DNA from: Octopus vulgaris
Lineage: Eukaryota
Direction of reading: 5' to 3'
DNA length: 64,000 bases
NCBI GenBank assembly: GCA_951406725.2
Contig: OX597824.1
Coordinates: forward strand, 39,432,001-39,496,000
Shown: positions 1-13,541 of the stretch, one piece after another
Layout: each line of letters begins with the position of its first letter
Numbering within the stretch: position 1 is the stretch's first letter
Made by a program: the position numbers and the translations under genes
The notes under the pieces: generated by a model
The model's database searches: none
What the model was told of the DNA's origin: nothing
The model's input: only the letters and a program-made list of their open reading frames with translations

Positions 1-169
1 ATGCAATATAGTGCTAGTTCAAGTACTGAGGGGAATGGTATTGACTTAGCCACTCCAATCATGATTGATGGCCATGGACTTAAATCAGAAACTGTGGGCT
101 GTGGTTAATGTTGTTGTTGTTATTGGTGTTCTTGCAGTTATTTTTGGTGGTGGTGGTGGTGGTTGTGTT

Positions 170-396
170 AAGGCGACGAGCTGGTAGAATTGTTAGATCG
201 CCAGGAAAAATGTTTAGCGGCATTTCATCCATCTTTACGTTCCGAGTTTAAATTCCGCCGAGGTTGACTTTGCCCTTCATTCTTTCGATGTCGATAAATT
301 AAGTACCAGTGAAACACTGGGGTCGATGTAATCGGCTAGTCTCCTCCCACAAAACTGCAAATTTTGTGCCTTTAGTAGAAATTATTATTATTATTA
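170..396 (+). mobile_element. tRNA-derived SINE, family A (Meta/MESC-like central domain), (TTA)n tail
   Basis: AAGGCGACGAGCTGG head, GAGTTTAAATTCC B-box-like motif, GTTGACTTTGCCCTTCATTCTTTCGATGTCGATAAATTAAGTACCAG core. The same sequence recurs more than 10 times in the window. Confidence 0.85.
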
Positions 397-2008
397 TGAT
401 TCTATGTTTGACTTTTGCTTTATGTTTGTACAAGTTGGCTCTAAGTCTCACCCAGAGACCTCAAGAAACAACATGTTGGAAGTTCCCGTTGATGTTATGC
501 CTAGTGTGCCATATTTGGGGGGTTTTTTGGTTTTGTACTAGTGAATGTCTATTAAATAAATTTTTTAAAAAAAGTTTGTTTTAAACCTTGAGATTACATA
601 GTGAGTATTTTGCGTAGGATATGAGCAGTTACCATGAGCACTATCTTTTGACTTTCTGCCATTTTGGGGTTTCCTGGTATCTGAGTTAGGTAGCAATCAG
701 CCCCTTTCGCTATCATTCCCAGGGAACCTATGACAACAGGTATTGTTTTAGTCTTCAGCTTCCACATTTTGCTGATTTCTATTTCAAGATCTTTATATTT
801 GCTCAGTTTTTGGTAGGTCTTGACAGATACGTTTATATCGATTAGGACAGTCATATCAATGAGGAGGCATGTTCTTTGTCTGAAGTCTTTCAATATGATG
901 TCTGGCCTGCTTTCATCAATCTTTCTGTCAGTTTAAATGGTGAAGTTCCAGAGGAGTGAGATGTGGTCATTTTCAAGCACTGGAGAGGTGGATTGTGTTC
1001 CCACCATTTTTTTTCATGGGGCAAATCCAGGTTTTTGCAAATTACCCAGTGAATATATTGTGCAGCTCTATCATGCCTGTTGAGGTACTCTGTAGGCGCT
1101 AGAAGACTGCACTTGGAGACAACATTATCAATGGTTTCATTTTGTTGTAGACATACACGACATGTTGGGCTACTGCTGTTCTTTAATATGTTGGCCTGGT
1201 AGTTTCTTGTTGGTAGGCATTGATCTTGAGCTGCTATGATAAACCCTTCTGTTTCAGATTTTAAGCCAGAGGCCATTAGCCATTGATGGGTCAGGGCTTT
1301 GTCAATATCTGCATTATTCGCTCTCTTTGGGTATTTGCCATAGAGAGGTTTTTCTTGCCATTTATTATTCAGAATATCTAAGGCACACGGGTTTTCATGC
1401 GCTTAGCTTTTTCTGTGATTGTTTCTTGTATGACTATCTCTAATTCCGAAATTTGTTGTATTCGGAATTCACTTAGATATTCCTTTGCCTGTTTTGTTAT
1501 TGAGTATGGTGCTTTCTTGTTTTCATGTTTTGAGACAAGTTTTAACATCCAGTCCTCAGGCTTTTTCAGGTAGGTGTCTAGGCCAATTGTAGCAATCTTC
1601 ATTGTTATTGCCAGTTGTAAAAGACCACAGCAGATAAAGTCGTTCTGTATCTGCCTTAGTGTGGTGCATTCTATGCATTGTCAACAGTTTCCTTATTTTT
1701 CTGTCAAGCTGACATATTTCAGTAATTGACCAGTTAACGATATTGAAACTGTAAGTCACGACTGGTATGGTTAATGCATTGATCGCTTCGATCCTGTTTC
1801 TTGCATTCAGCTCTGTCTTGAGTATTGCTCTCACTCTTCGATAACATTCTCTCCTGATCCTTTCCTTCATCTCTGAAAGCCTTATTCCGCCCCCTTCAAT
1901 TACCCCTAGGTACTTGTAGCTCTCCGCTGGGTCTAGTTCTTTTATGACATTCTGCTGGTCAATGTTAACGTTAGATGTTTCTGTCATTTTTCCTTTGATA
2001 AAGGTAGC
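397..2008 (-). mobile_element. 5'-truncated R4/Dong-like non-LTR retrotransposon (RT C-terminus, zinc knuckle, restriction-like endonuclease), frameshifted
   Basis: ORFs 1556-1987 (YKYLGV), 890-1276 (CRVC..ETIDNVVSKC) and 594-893 (LLIDM..KLSKYKDL..PVVIGSLG, RLE type). (TTA)n on both flanks. Confidence 0.9.
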
Positions 2009-2068
2009 GTTTGCACATTTATTATTATTAGTATTATTATTATTGTTATTATTATTATTATTATTATT

Positions 2069-2110
<42 letters not shown>

Positions 2111-2160
2111 ATTATACCGGCGGCAGTGTTGTTGTTCTTGTTGTTTTTATTATTGTTGTT
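2009..2160. repeat. (TTA)n/(TTG)n compound microsatellite
   Basis: Read directly from the sequence. Confidence 0.95.
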
Positions 2161-2199
2161 TGACTCCAAATCGGCCCCGATCAAATACATCTACAAACG

Positions 2200-2340
2200 A
2201 AGTCAGTTAAGCCTTAACCAACCCATGTTAGTTTTAAGAACTAAAGATGGTATATTTCGTAATGATATCTTTATTAGCGCATCAATTAAATGGAATTTGG
2301 CTGCTATTTCAGGCAGATGTATCAACCGCACATGCGTAAC
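2200..2340 (+). repeat. Old dispersed repeat carrying the motif TTGGCTGCTATTTC(T)AG(C)AG
   Basis: Variants of the motif recur in both orientations at about 3915, 5973, 14393, 14745, 14850, 56220 and 63830. Confidence 0.45.
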
Positions 2341-2606
2341 TCTATTAATGAAAAGGACAGTAGATTTCCAGGATTTTTGATGTTTAATAATAATGTCGTA
2401 GAGAACAGAGTTATTTTGTAATGATACATAAGAATATAAATCACGCACACACACACACAAAACGCACACAACACACACACTCACACGCGCACACGCGTAT
2501 ATATACATGTATGCATAATGTATGCATATATATATATCATATATAATACATATATATGCAGTTCTCTCTTTATCTTTTTTCTCATTTACATATACATACA
2601 TATATG

Positions 2607-2667
<61 letters not shown>

Positions 2668-3492
2668 ATAACAATGCATTAATATAAATTCATTTTCATT
2701 GTTTTATATTTCTACTTCATCAATAAATGAGTAGATATGCAATGCATGTTAAGAGTCACACCATTTTGGAGACAACAGATATACAGAGACTGAAAGAGTT
2801 GGCGTGAGAGAAGGGCGATTTAGTAATGTCTACAAAGAACAATGGCTCTGTGTAAATTGATACGTTACCATCTCAAAGATCACTGGCAAGTTAAGTAAAT
2901 ATTTAGGATTCCATAAGGGAATATTGAAATGTATGATTGGATAATGCAGCGGAATGCTGCAATTGTTGTCAGTCCTTATTGTCAATAAACGGCCCGAATC
3001 GCTTTGGGAATTGGTTAATATAAGGCTTCATTGACAAACAGTGAAATAGTCTACTATCAGAAGTTAATTAATTGAAACGGAGTCTATTATTATATGTTTG
3101 TCGCCAACGACAAGAGGAATGAATGCCAGTATGCATGTAAACTTCCTCAGTAGCTTGAGTGTCTGATTCTACAGCAAACTGCTCAAAGAGAACTTCTAAA
3201 ACGTTGCTTGCGTACAAAATTTCATGTAACTTCGGACATTTTAATTTATCAAAACTGAAAACTAAATGTGTCATTTGAGGAATATTCAGTGCAAGGCTCT
3301 CAAATATTCATATAATATTCCACCATTTACCATATTACGTCATCTACGTGGTCACTTGACCTGCTAAGCAACAATAACAAAGAGAAAAAAAAAAGCAACA
3401 TAAGATAGAAACTATAATAGAAATAACGATTGCGTCTTTATGATCAATATCCAAATATGTGAAAATTAAGACGACTGGCTACATTTTCCCCT

Positions 3493-3640
3493 AAGGTATG
3501 GCTGCGTGGTTAAAACGTCCGTTTCACAACATCGCGGTTTAGGTTTCATTCAAACATCGAGTAAGAGCCTCGAATATCGTCCCGAGCTGCCCAGTGCCTG
3601 ATAAGTGAAACTGGTCGACGGAAACTGAGTGGAATTCGTT
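3493..3640 (+). mobile_element. Decayed tRNA-derived CORE-type SINE, family B (head)
   Basis: Similar to the better copies at 53245-53455 and 10305-10720 (TGGCTGCGTGGTTAA...GACGGAAACTGA). Confidence 0.6.
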
Positions 3641-3667
3641 ATATACATATCTATCTAGCTACCTATC

Positions 3668-3715
<48 letters not shown>

Positions 3716-4067
3716 CGCATGTGTGTGAGTGCGTGCGCATGTGCGTGCGTGCATGCGTATGTATGGGTATGTTTATGTGTGTAGGAGGGAGAGAAAGAGA
3801 GAGAGAGAGAGATGCTGCATTGTTAAGGCGTCGGTGACTAAACAGGTAAATTGCTACTCGCACTCCCGAATTTTTCATGAGGCTGTACTTTTGTATGGCT
3901 TTTCGAGTTAGATTTTAGCTATAATTTCTAGCAATTGCAGGTGCTATTTTGCACCCTCCTTTATTAATTTAATCTTTTTAGTTTTAATTGTTACGCCAAC
4001 ATATATTATAATGTATTTAATATATCTTAATATATAAATATATTATTATAATATCTTATTGTATTTT

Positions 4068-4107
<40 letters not shown>

Positions 4108-4344
4108 AGTGTATAAACTATTTACGTACTCATATACGAAAGAGGTGACCATTAGCAGAACACCTTACATGCTAGAAAGGCCAGTTAAAACCTAGACCAT
4201 GAGTAAAAGCAATTTCAAAAGGATAATCCTGAACCAGTTTTTGTGTGTCCTACAAGAAGAGTCGATATTAGATGTGTCGAAACAATTGTTGTGATTAATA
4301 ATATATTCTCGTATATTCCATCTTCTGTCTTTCATTTGTTATAC

Positions 4345-4395
<51 letters not shown>

Positions 4396-4789
4396 AAGAT
4401 AATTTTTAATGGCGACAATACTACATGTATAGTGCAACTGATTTTTGTGCTCGTTTATAAGCTAAGGAATTATAAAAAATTGTAGAAGATAAAAATTCCA
4501 GTTGTCAGTAATTTACATGCGAAAATGAAATCGTGCTTACAATGATTTATAAGACTTGGATGGGATATGTGTTTATATTAAAAATTCAAACTATAAAAAA
4601 TAATAAAAGATAATTAAAAAATATATTAAAAAGAAGATATAAAGTTTAAATGAAATAAGATATAAGAACATGAAAACCATTATGCGTTGTAGATACATGT
4701 ATTCGAGGCAAAATAAATAGAATTCAGTAATACGATATATCATGAAGGTAAAATTTCGTTAAAAATAAAAATCAGTTAAAAACCTATGG

Positions 4790-5910
4790 CCGTTTCAGAA
4801 AAGATTAAGGGATGTAGGAACAGTCTGTTTTCAACTCCATCGAATAACATTTCCTTATTCAGGGCTTACTGCTTGTAGTAAGGTTCATTTAAAACTCTAC
4901 ATCTTGAATTCCTATTGGTGGGTGCCCCTCCCCACCGTCCAAAATTCACTTTTCCGTGACGAAAAATACCCCTCCACTACTGTTGTACCTAGTCTATAGA
5001 ATTCATATTTTTTCCGTTAATTGATTTTGAAGACTGCGTAACATATGACAATCAGATGGGACAATATCTGGCGAATATGGTTGTGTGGGGCATTGTTTAC
5101 CATTCAAACTACTTCAACCTCTGGAATGTCATCATCGTTGTATGTGGCTGAGCATTATCCTGATGGAAGTAAACCTTTCCTCTTGAAACCAAAGATGGTA
5201 ATTTTTGTTCTAGCACTGACTTAAACTGCTCAAACTACTCGCAGTAGATCTCCTTTGTTATTGTTTGGTTTAGGTTTAAAAGTTCAAAGTGGACTAAATC
5301 TTTCATATCCCACAAAAACAGATAACACCTTACGTGGATGGAAACCTTCTTTAATCTGGGGTGCGATATTTCACATTTCCCTACCCACTGTCTTGGCGCT
5401 TAACATCTTTATAGAGAATCAAATTTTCGTCAACAGTCACTATTCAATCCAAAAAAGGTACATTCATGGGACGTGACACCAAAGAAAAGCACTCGTTCAC
5501 TTTCTGTGCGCGACTACACGCGGACAGTTTGTGAAAAACCCGTTGAATCATGGCAGCCACCAGTGTGAAAACAATTTCAATACTGAGAAAATAATTCACG
5601 AAAAGATAAGTTGTTTTTGGGGGGCCTGCAATCGCCTACATTATGGATTCTGTTATTATCATTTTAACATTCTTATACTAGATAACAGAGCCAATGATAT
5701 CTTCACAAATTATTTTCTCGTGAATTATTTGCTCCGTATTGAAATTGTTTTCACATTAGTAGCTGCCATGCTTCGGTGCAAAACGAATCATTTGCAGCAC
5801 AGATTTCAACATGACGGGTTGGGGCTTTATATCATGATAACGCGTGCTAAGGAAAGTGAGGTTATTACGCTAGTCCAGAAAACAGTCCACGTGAGTCCAA
5901 ATACTTGAAT
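4790..5910 (-). mobile_element. Decayed mariner (Tc1/mariner) transposase remnants
   Basis: Minus-strand motifs VYFHQDNAQPHT (about 5140-5175), PYSPDIVPSDCH (about 5045-5085) and IVTVDEN (about 5420-5445), matching the mariner motifs HDNARPH, YSPDLAPSD and IVTGDE. Confidence 0.85.
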
Positions 5911-6045
5911 GTATGCTGAGAGATTTCTCAGCCCGTTATTATCAGTGTATTTTGGCGATTTAAATAAAAGTATTGGCTGTTATTTCCAGCAGGTAGACAT
6001 ACTTAGTACGTCCTTTGATTAATTTTTAAATTCATACATACATAC

Positions 6046-6114
<69 letters not shown>

Positions 6115-6161
6115 TGCATGTATGTATGTATACACATACATACATACAAACATACATACAA

Positions 6162-6193
<32 letters not shown>

Positions 6194-6635
6194 ACACACA
6201 CTTATCTAAGTAGACAGTCACACGTCAAATTTACCTATTTTCCTCAAATTAAAAAAAAAATCGATGATCAGCTGTAATTGATTTTGACCCCTTATAGTGA
6301 TCTGATCAAAGGTGTGTATATTACTGAATAAAAACAGAGTCTACATCATAGATTTTTGCAAATATATTCCCTGTCTAGAAGTATTTTTCTATTCGGAATC
6401 AGTAGTTATTTATTACTCAGTATATCACACATGCAGCAGATATAAGTCGTCTCAAATTTTAATATTATGTGTTGCATTTATGAAAATGAGATATTGCTAC
6501 CAGTTTTTTATCATTAATTTCATTTATAGTCCGTAAAGTAAAGCTTTCAATATGAGCTTTTAGCTGACGGTTAAAACCTAGCTACAATTAATTATTCTAT
6601 AATGATTTTTCATCTTTCTTTTTGTTGCATTCGTA

Positions 6636-6850
6636 AAGTGACGAGCTGGCACAATCGTTAGCACACCGGGAAACATGCATAGCGGCATTGCGTCCGTCTT
6701 TACGTTCCTAAGTTCAAATTCCGCCTAGGTCAAATTTGCCTTTTATCATTTCGTGGTCCATAAAACAAGTGCCAGTTGAATACTCGGGTCGATGTAATCA
6801 GCTTACCCTGCCCCCTCAAAATTGCTGGACTTGTGCCAAAATTCGAAATC
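6636..6850 (+). mobile_element. SINE family A
   Basis: Same head, core and tail as 170-396. Confidence 0.85.
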
Positions 6851-6991
6851 GATATTCATATTATTAGTGAATTTAAATTAAACTTATGCATAACATAATT
6901 TTAAATAGATTCATGTTTTTACCTGACGCTTTACATTAAATATTAATACAGATGATTGGGGAAAGAAAACTACTTTTCAGCAATGTAATTG

Positions 6992-7286
6992 TTTGTTCCT
7001 TCTCGAGTAATGCCTGGCTCATAAGGTCCGGTTTCCCGGTTTCCTTGGCGTATAGGTTCCCTACCTAGACGGGACACTGGTCCGTCGCTGGTGTGCTGCA
7101 AGATGCAGGAGACAAGAGTGAGTTGTGGCGAAAGAGTCAGCAGAAGTTCGCCATTACCCTCTGCCGGAGCCGCGTGGAGCTTAGGTATTTCGCTCATAAA
7201 CTCACACATCGACCAGTCTGAGATTCGAACCTGGGACCCCTCGACCGCGAATCCATTGCTCTAACCACTAGGTCATGTGCCTCCAC
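6992..7286 (-). mobile_element. tRNA-derived SINE, family C, full length with 15-bp TSD
   Basis: tRNA-like head (TAGTGGTTAGAGC...GGTTCGAATC on the minus strand). TSD TCAGCAATGTAATTG at 6977-6991 and 7287-7301. Paralogue at 15241-15550. Confidence 0.9.
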
Positions 7287-7891
7287 TCAGCAATGTAATT
7301 GAAAATACTAAATTTTAACAAGATTCGAATCTACATCTACTGCTTTGTATTGAACATTAAATAAGTTCTTGTATTTCTAGATAGACATAACACATAACAA
7401 CCAAACAATTCAAATTGTTGAAAACAGTTAGAGAAGTGAATGATACAAAAAATATATTGCATTCATGACAAGAAAATTTCGAAAACATTTTGAATCAGGA
7501 AGGAAGTAAATGTACGGGAAATTTTAGTCACCGATTCTGACGTTAGTCGAAATAAGCAAAATCTTACAACGCCGAATGCAAGTTACCGGTAAAAAACATT
7601 TAAATTTATTTAAATTTCGCTGAAAGCGTCTATATTGGTAAGCGAAGATATCCCCACTTGTTCCTGTATTTCATGTCATCATTTCCCTTACATCATTATA
7701 TTATATGTAAGTTTCAAGCAAGTAAAATTGAACTTCAATTCTGAAATGATAGGCTACATAGTGTAGTTTAATACATCGCTTTTGATTTCACTTCTTCTGT
7801 GCGGCAACTTGCACAAGTGTCCTTTGTTATATCCCCGGGTGGATTAATGGCTCTAGAAACTGAAAGGAAACCCGCCATATATATATATATA

Positions 7892-9582
7892 TTAGCAGTA
7901 ATACTCTTCGTTGATCGTGTAATTACTTTTACTGATTCTCGGGAGCCACATTCAAAGTATCATTATTACATATATATGTATAATTTACTCCTGTATATGT
8001 GTATTTTTATAAGAGAAAAATATGTAATAACTGAAGTGGAAAAACGATCGATTTCATTCTTGAATGTAATGACATTAATGGTAAATTAAATTATTGAAGT
8101 ATTCATGTTGCAGTAAGATTGATTGATTGATTCTAGTTTCAGCTCATGAGCTGTGGCCATGCTGGGGCGTGAATATTTCTTTACAAACAATGTTTTTTTT
8201 TTTGTTTTATTTCGTCGTGCACAAGCAAAATGATTTGCTTCTGCTCCCACACGTGATGCTCCAACATAAAGACCTCAGGTCAAGTAGAACATCCATTTGA
8301 ATAGGCCTATGGCGAAGGAGAATAGAAATATTCAGTTTCGAATCCAGGGTGAGACGACCACTAGAGGTTTAGAATTACTCTTCCTGTATGTATATTATAA
8401 GAGAAAAACCTGTCATAATTGAAGTAGAAAAAAGATGGATTTCATACACGAACTTCTGTTTGTTTATTTTATGACAATAATAAATGAGCTGTATGCGTTA
8501 TTTTATACATCAATACAGTAATGGTAATTATATAATACAGTTCATTTAAATAGGTAATTTAGTCATTCTTGAATGTAAAGATAGTAATAGCAAATTCAGT
8601 TAAGGAAGTATTCATGTTGCATTAAGAGTGAATATTTCTGTATAAACAATGTTTTTTTGTTTTATTTCGGAGTGCATAGGCAAAAAGATTTTCTTTTGCT
8701 CCCACAGTTGATGCTCCTACGTAATGTTGGCCATGTGAAAAGGATGGTTCTCAAAAACATCTAATAATTGAAGAATGAGAATTCAAAGATTCAGTTTCAA
8801 CGTGAATGGAGGAAGAAAATTAGCTATATCATATAGAAAAATAGCATTACGTAATGCAGGTGACTGTGCGATGGCACTGAAAAGGCCTCGGGTCAAGTAT
8901 AACACACATTTATCACGGTTTCTTTTGACATTTGATCAGGCCTATGGTGAAGGAGAATCGAAATATTCAGTTTCAAATCTGAACCAGGATGACACTACCC
9001 ATAGAGATTTAGATTTACTCCGGTATGTGTGTATTTTAATAGAGAAACCATGTAATAATGGAAGTAGAAAAAGATTCATGTCATACACGTTAAGTTATTG
9101 AAGTATTACTGTTACATTAAGAGTGACTATTTCTTTAAAAACAATTTTTCTTTTATTTCGGGGTGCATGGGCAAAAAGATTTGCTTTTGCTCCCACATCT
9201 GATGCTCCTACATAAAGCTGGCCGTGTGAAAAACATGGTTCATCAAGTTGCAACTCAGCAACTTTTAGTGTTTCACAATGAGTTTTAATAATGCTCATGA
9301 CAAAAGAAAGTGGGATAGGAAACTGTAACCGCTAAAATTGGAATGGGACATTAGATGATATAACTACTATGCGAGGAATGAAGACGGTGTCAATTTTAGA
9401 ACAACCAGTGAGAATATTTACTTCAATGCAGTTTGTCATAAGTTTCTGCACAATTAGTGTTGTACCAATGCATAATTTTTGTTGAGACAAATTAGGCTAT
9501 AGCATAATAGCTTCCCCTGAATCATTTACTTTCATTTTGCTGGACAAGCATACAGACAGAATCTCGTTTTTATATGTATAGA
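7892..9582 (-). mobile_element. Non-autonomous Helitron with a PIF1-like helicase C-terminal remnant
   Basis: ORF 9095-9298 reads ETLKVAELQLDEPCFSHGQLYVGAS, with upstream FIPRI..RLQFPI..SFVMSI. 5' end a|TCTATACATATAAAA at 9582. Degenerate 3' end ..TACTGCTAA|t at 7892. Confidence 0.8.
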
Positions 9583-9590
9583 TATCTATG

Positions 9591-9645
<55 letters not shown>

Positions 9646-9667
9646 CATATATATATATATACATATA

Positions 9668-9703
<36 letters not shown>

Positions 9704-10304
9704 TGTATGTATGTATGTATGTATGTATGTATGTGTGTAGTAAAGTAGATAGGCAGAGTACAATAAACGTGCCAGAAGAGTGACAAACAACGTCTTGGTG
9801 ACTCCATCTGTAGGGAAAGTTTGAAAGGAGAGAACTACATGCGAGACAGTAGAGTTTCACATCATCAAGCTTAAAATTCTGTCTTCCACTAATAAGGAAT
9901 AGAGGACCACATATATACACCCCCAAAGCGCGCGCGGGTACACACACACACAAACACACACACACACGATCATATTACATCTAAATTGAATAACAGTTTG
10001 TAATTCTATTTCAATAACTCTGCAAAAACACACACAAACAATAAAAAAATAAACAAACATCTTTAAAGTACATTCATCAAAACAAGCTAATGAATACTCG
10101 TAAACACAATGACATTATCTCTATACTGTAAATACCAAAATATCCAGAAAAAAATGGCATGTCACCTTTTAACGAATCATATCATTTTTCACCCTTATAT
10201 TATTCTCAATCACTAATTTTATTTTATTTGTATATATATATATTTTATTTTGGGCTAATAATATGTGTTCTGTCAAAGGATTGTTCTCAGTGATAATAAA
10301 GGAT

Positions 10305-10720
10305 CAGTTTACTATTAAGAAGCTTCATTTTCAACCATATGGCTCCGCATTCAGTCCTACTGCGTGAAACCTTGGGCAGCTGTCTATTATCTCCGGCCGA
10401 CCAAAGTCTTGTGAGTCGATTTAGTAGATGGGAACTGGAAGCTCGTCTCATATATATATATATATATATATATAGATGTATGCATATTATATATATGTGT
10501 GTATATGTATGTATGTATACGTATTTATTCATGTGTGTCTGTGCTTGACAACCGATTTTAGTGTGTTTATGTCCTTGTAACTTGGCAGTCCGGCAGAAGA
10601 AAATGATGGAATAAGTACTAGGCTTACAAACCATAGGTCCTGGGGGTCAATTTCTTCGATCAAAAGTTGAAGGTAGTGCACCAGCATGGCCACAGTCAAG
10701 TGACTAAAGCGAGTAAAATA
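10305..10720 (+). mobile_element. CORE-type SINE family B with an internal (TA)/(TG) tract
   Basis: CAGTCCTACTGCGTGAAACCTTGGGCAG core and CCAGCATGGCCACAGTC tail. Matches 53245-54010. Confidence 0.8.
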
Positions 10721-10989
10721 GTAATATTTCTTTATATTAATTAATTACACACCCATATATCAAACACATATGCAAAATACAAAACATTGGGCGTAAGTAT
10801 TTTCAAGAAAGAAAAGGTATTATGATGAAGAGTAACTCTTTGAAATATCCATATTAAAGCTGAATAAAACATTATTTTTGTTTCTATTTTTTTTCTAAGT
10901 GAAACACTGCGAAAAACTTGAACCAATATCACTGTATAGACGTCACATACTCGAATCGCGTACCCACATACATTGTGCCAGCAATCCTT

Positions 10990-11460
10990 TTGTTTGTGTT
11001 ATCGACGAAGAGACTAAAACCTGAGTGACCATACAGAGAAAAGATTTAAGTCAAAGAAACATGTGACCAACAAAAACACCACCTTGCCAGAGCTCACTGT
11101 CGCGGAGTTTTCCTCCGGCTCTCATTACAATAAGTGGAAGTAGCCCTAGCAGATCTTTGTACAGATCGATATCGCTAAAGTCTGTTCAAAGCAACAAGGG
11201 CGTATACCTGGTTCTAAGCTGGTGTAAAAATGCAAGGAAAGCTGTTCCACCATTCACTCGCTGATAAGCTAGAGTCACAATATATGAGACGAGGCAATCC
11301 GAAAATTACGGTGAAGGGTTCTACGATGACGTTGGCTCATTTACTATCATCACCTTTTTGGGACGTGACTGGTAGATGGTTAGCGCAAGGGTAACCAAGA
11401 GATGTATGTTTTTAAAAGGCATGAATGGCTCTTCAAGGCTTAATTCTACAAAAAATCATG
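10990..11460 (+). mobile_element. Possible highly decayed Tx1/L1-like 3' fragment
   Basis: Weak similarity by eye to 48500-48900 (GATAAGCT segment). No clean ORF. Confidence 0.25.
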
Positions 11461-11864
11461 TAGACCTGAGAAATTAGTAGATAAGCTGTTACTTTAAGTG
11501 CTAGGATTTAAAAACTAAAAAAGGCAATGAAATGTATATGAATGTAAAAAAAGTGATTGTGTATGTGTATATATGTGTGTTGGTGTTGGTTGGAGTTTCT
11601 GTGAATGTCAGAGTATTTATGTTCTTTATATATAATCTTTCCATGCGTATGTGTTTTGTGCCTGATGACTATGTAAAGATGCTACACATATCATAATTAA
11701 TTATTTGGCACGTTCTCAGCGCAAGAAACTGCCAGTAGCACATGAAAATATGTATTTTGTCTATTAAATAAAATTTATCTCTCACAAGATTGAGTACACA
11801 TTTTGTTGATTTTACCATCACGGAATAGTACATTATACACACACATACATATATATATATATAT

Positions 11865-11977
<113 letters not shown>

Positions 11978-13095
11978 ATATATAGTTGCCTGGGTTATTT
12001 ATTTCTCAGTGTGTAACTATATATTTAAACGCTTTCCACAAGTATTACTTTGGGTTAATTTTCTGATACAGCTATAAGATCACTCACCTCTGGCAAGCCA
12101 ATGGATGTGATTACCTCTCTCATGTACTTTTGTCATTAACTTATTATGCATATATATATATTCATACGCATACATGATTATTTGTATATATGTGTGCGAG
12201 TATATACACATGGCCTTCTAGAGATATCTATAGACTTGATATATTTTTATATGCACGCATAAAAATAGGTATACTTACGTATGAAAATACTAATGATTGA
12301 TTCTTAAATATATAACACTAATTTACTCCAAGTGCTAATATGCGTGTAGATATGTAATAAAAGCCATATATTGCATTACATTGAAAGGAAACAGGAGATA
12401 ATGAATAGCAACTTCACTCTTAGAAATTTGCAATTTATTGAATATTTTCATACTATTATTCTATGATTTACAGCTGAAAAATTGGAGTCGTCAGTCACAT
12501 CAACCTGTACCAATAAATAATACCAAAAACGTTATGACATTCACATAAAGACATGCAGTGGTTTATATTGGCTAGCATTGTTGATTTGGGATGTTTACTA
12601 GTCTCTGGTTACACTGAATGTTACGTAATACATATATGATATGTCTATAGAATCCAAACATCTGTATTATGAAAACCATAGTAATTTTATTGAATAGACA
12701 CTGTTACTATACTCATCTATTTTTTTTATATGCGTATATGATTTGAAGGTGATTTCAAACAACACGGACGAACAGTAGATTGACAAAATCATAAGGGCAT
12801 CAGAAAAATGAAAAATTGACTTGGGATATTTATTCCGGCGCTCTGCATACTGTGTTGAAATTCTGCCGAGGTCAACTTTGCCTTTAATCCCCATAGGATT
12901 GATGAAGTATCTTACCAATTAAATACTAAAGGTCGATGTAATCGGCGCATCTTTAGCATAAAATTTTAGGTTCTCTACGTTTAGGATAATATAAATTTGC
13001 TTTTGTACAGTGTATTAAAAAGAAAAGAAAACATTAATTACAGAAATTATACAATAAAATAACGTGCAATAAAATGAAGTAGATAGATAGATAGG

Positions 13096-13157
<62 letters not shown>

Positions 13158-13510
13158 CATGGATGGATTGATGGATGGATAGTAATGTATGTTCGTGTGT
13201 CTGTGTGTGTGTATATGTTTCCAGTTATGTAATTATGTGTGCATGCACGTATGTATGTGTCTTCTATTTCTTAATTATTATAAATCTTCCACTGAAGAGG
13301 GAGCCAGTTTCCCACAAAGATACAAGGTTCCATCATCGGGACGTAGTTAACACAAATTCACATTTGGAACTTGAAAAAAGTTTTGCATATTTTTACTGTT
13401 ATACTCACAGATTGCACTTGTAATATACGAATTAGCCGGTCAAGTTCTCTTTCTGAAATCCCAGTTTATCCAGATTCTCCTTTAAGCATTTTCTAAAAAA
13501 AAAAAATATA

Positions 13511-13541
<31 letters not shown>

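Noticed and set aside
3068-3274. 68-aa minus-strand ORF with a possible acceptor near 3255
   Set aside because: No recognisable domain and no partner exons, so compatible with chance.
7215-7286. tRNA-like sequence (also 15475-15550)
   Set aside because: It is the head of a TSD-flanked SINE, not a standalone tRNA gene.
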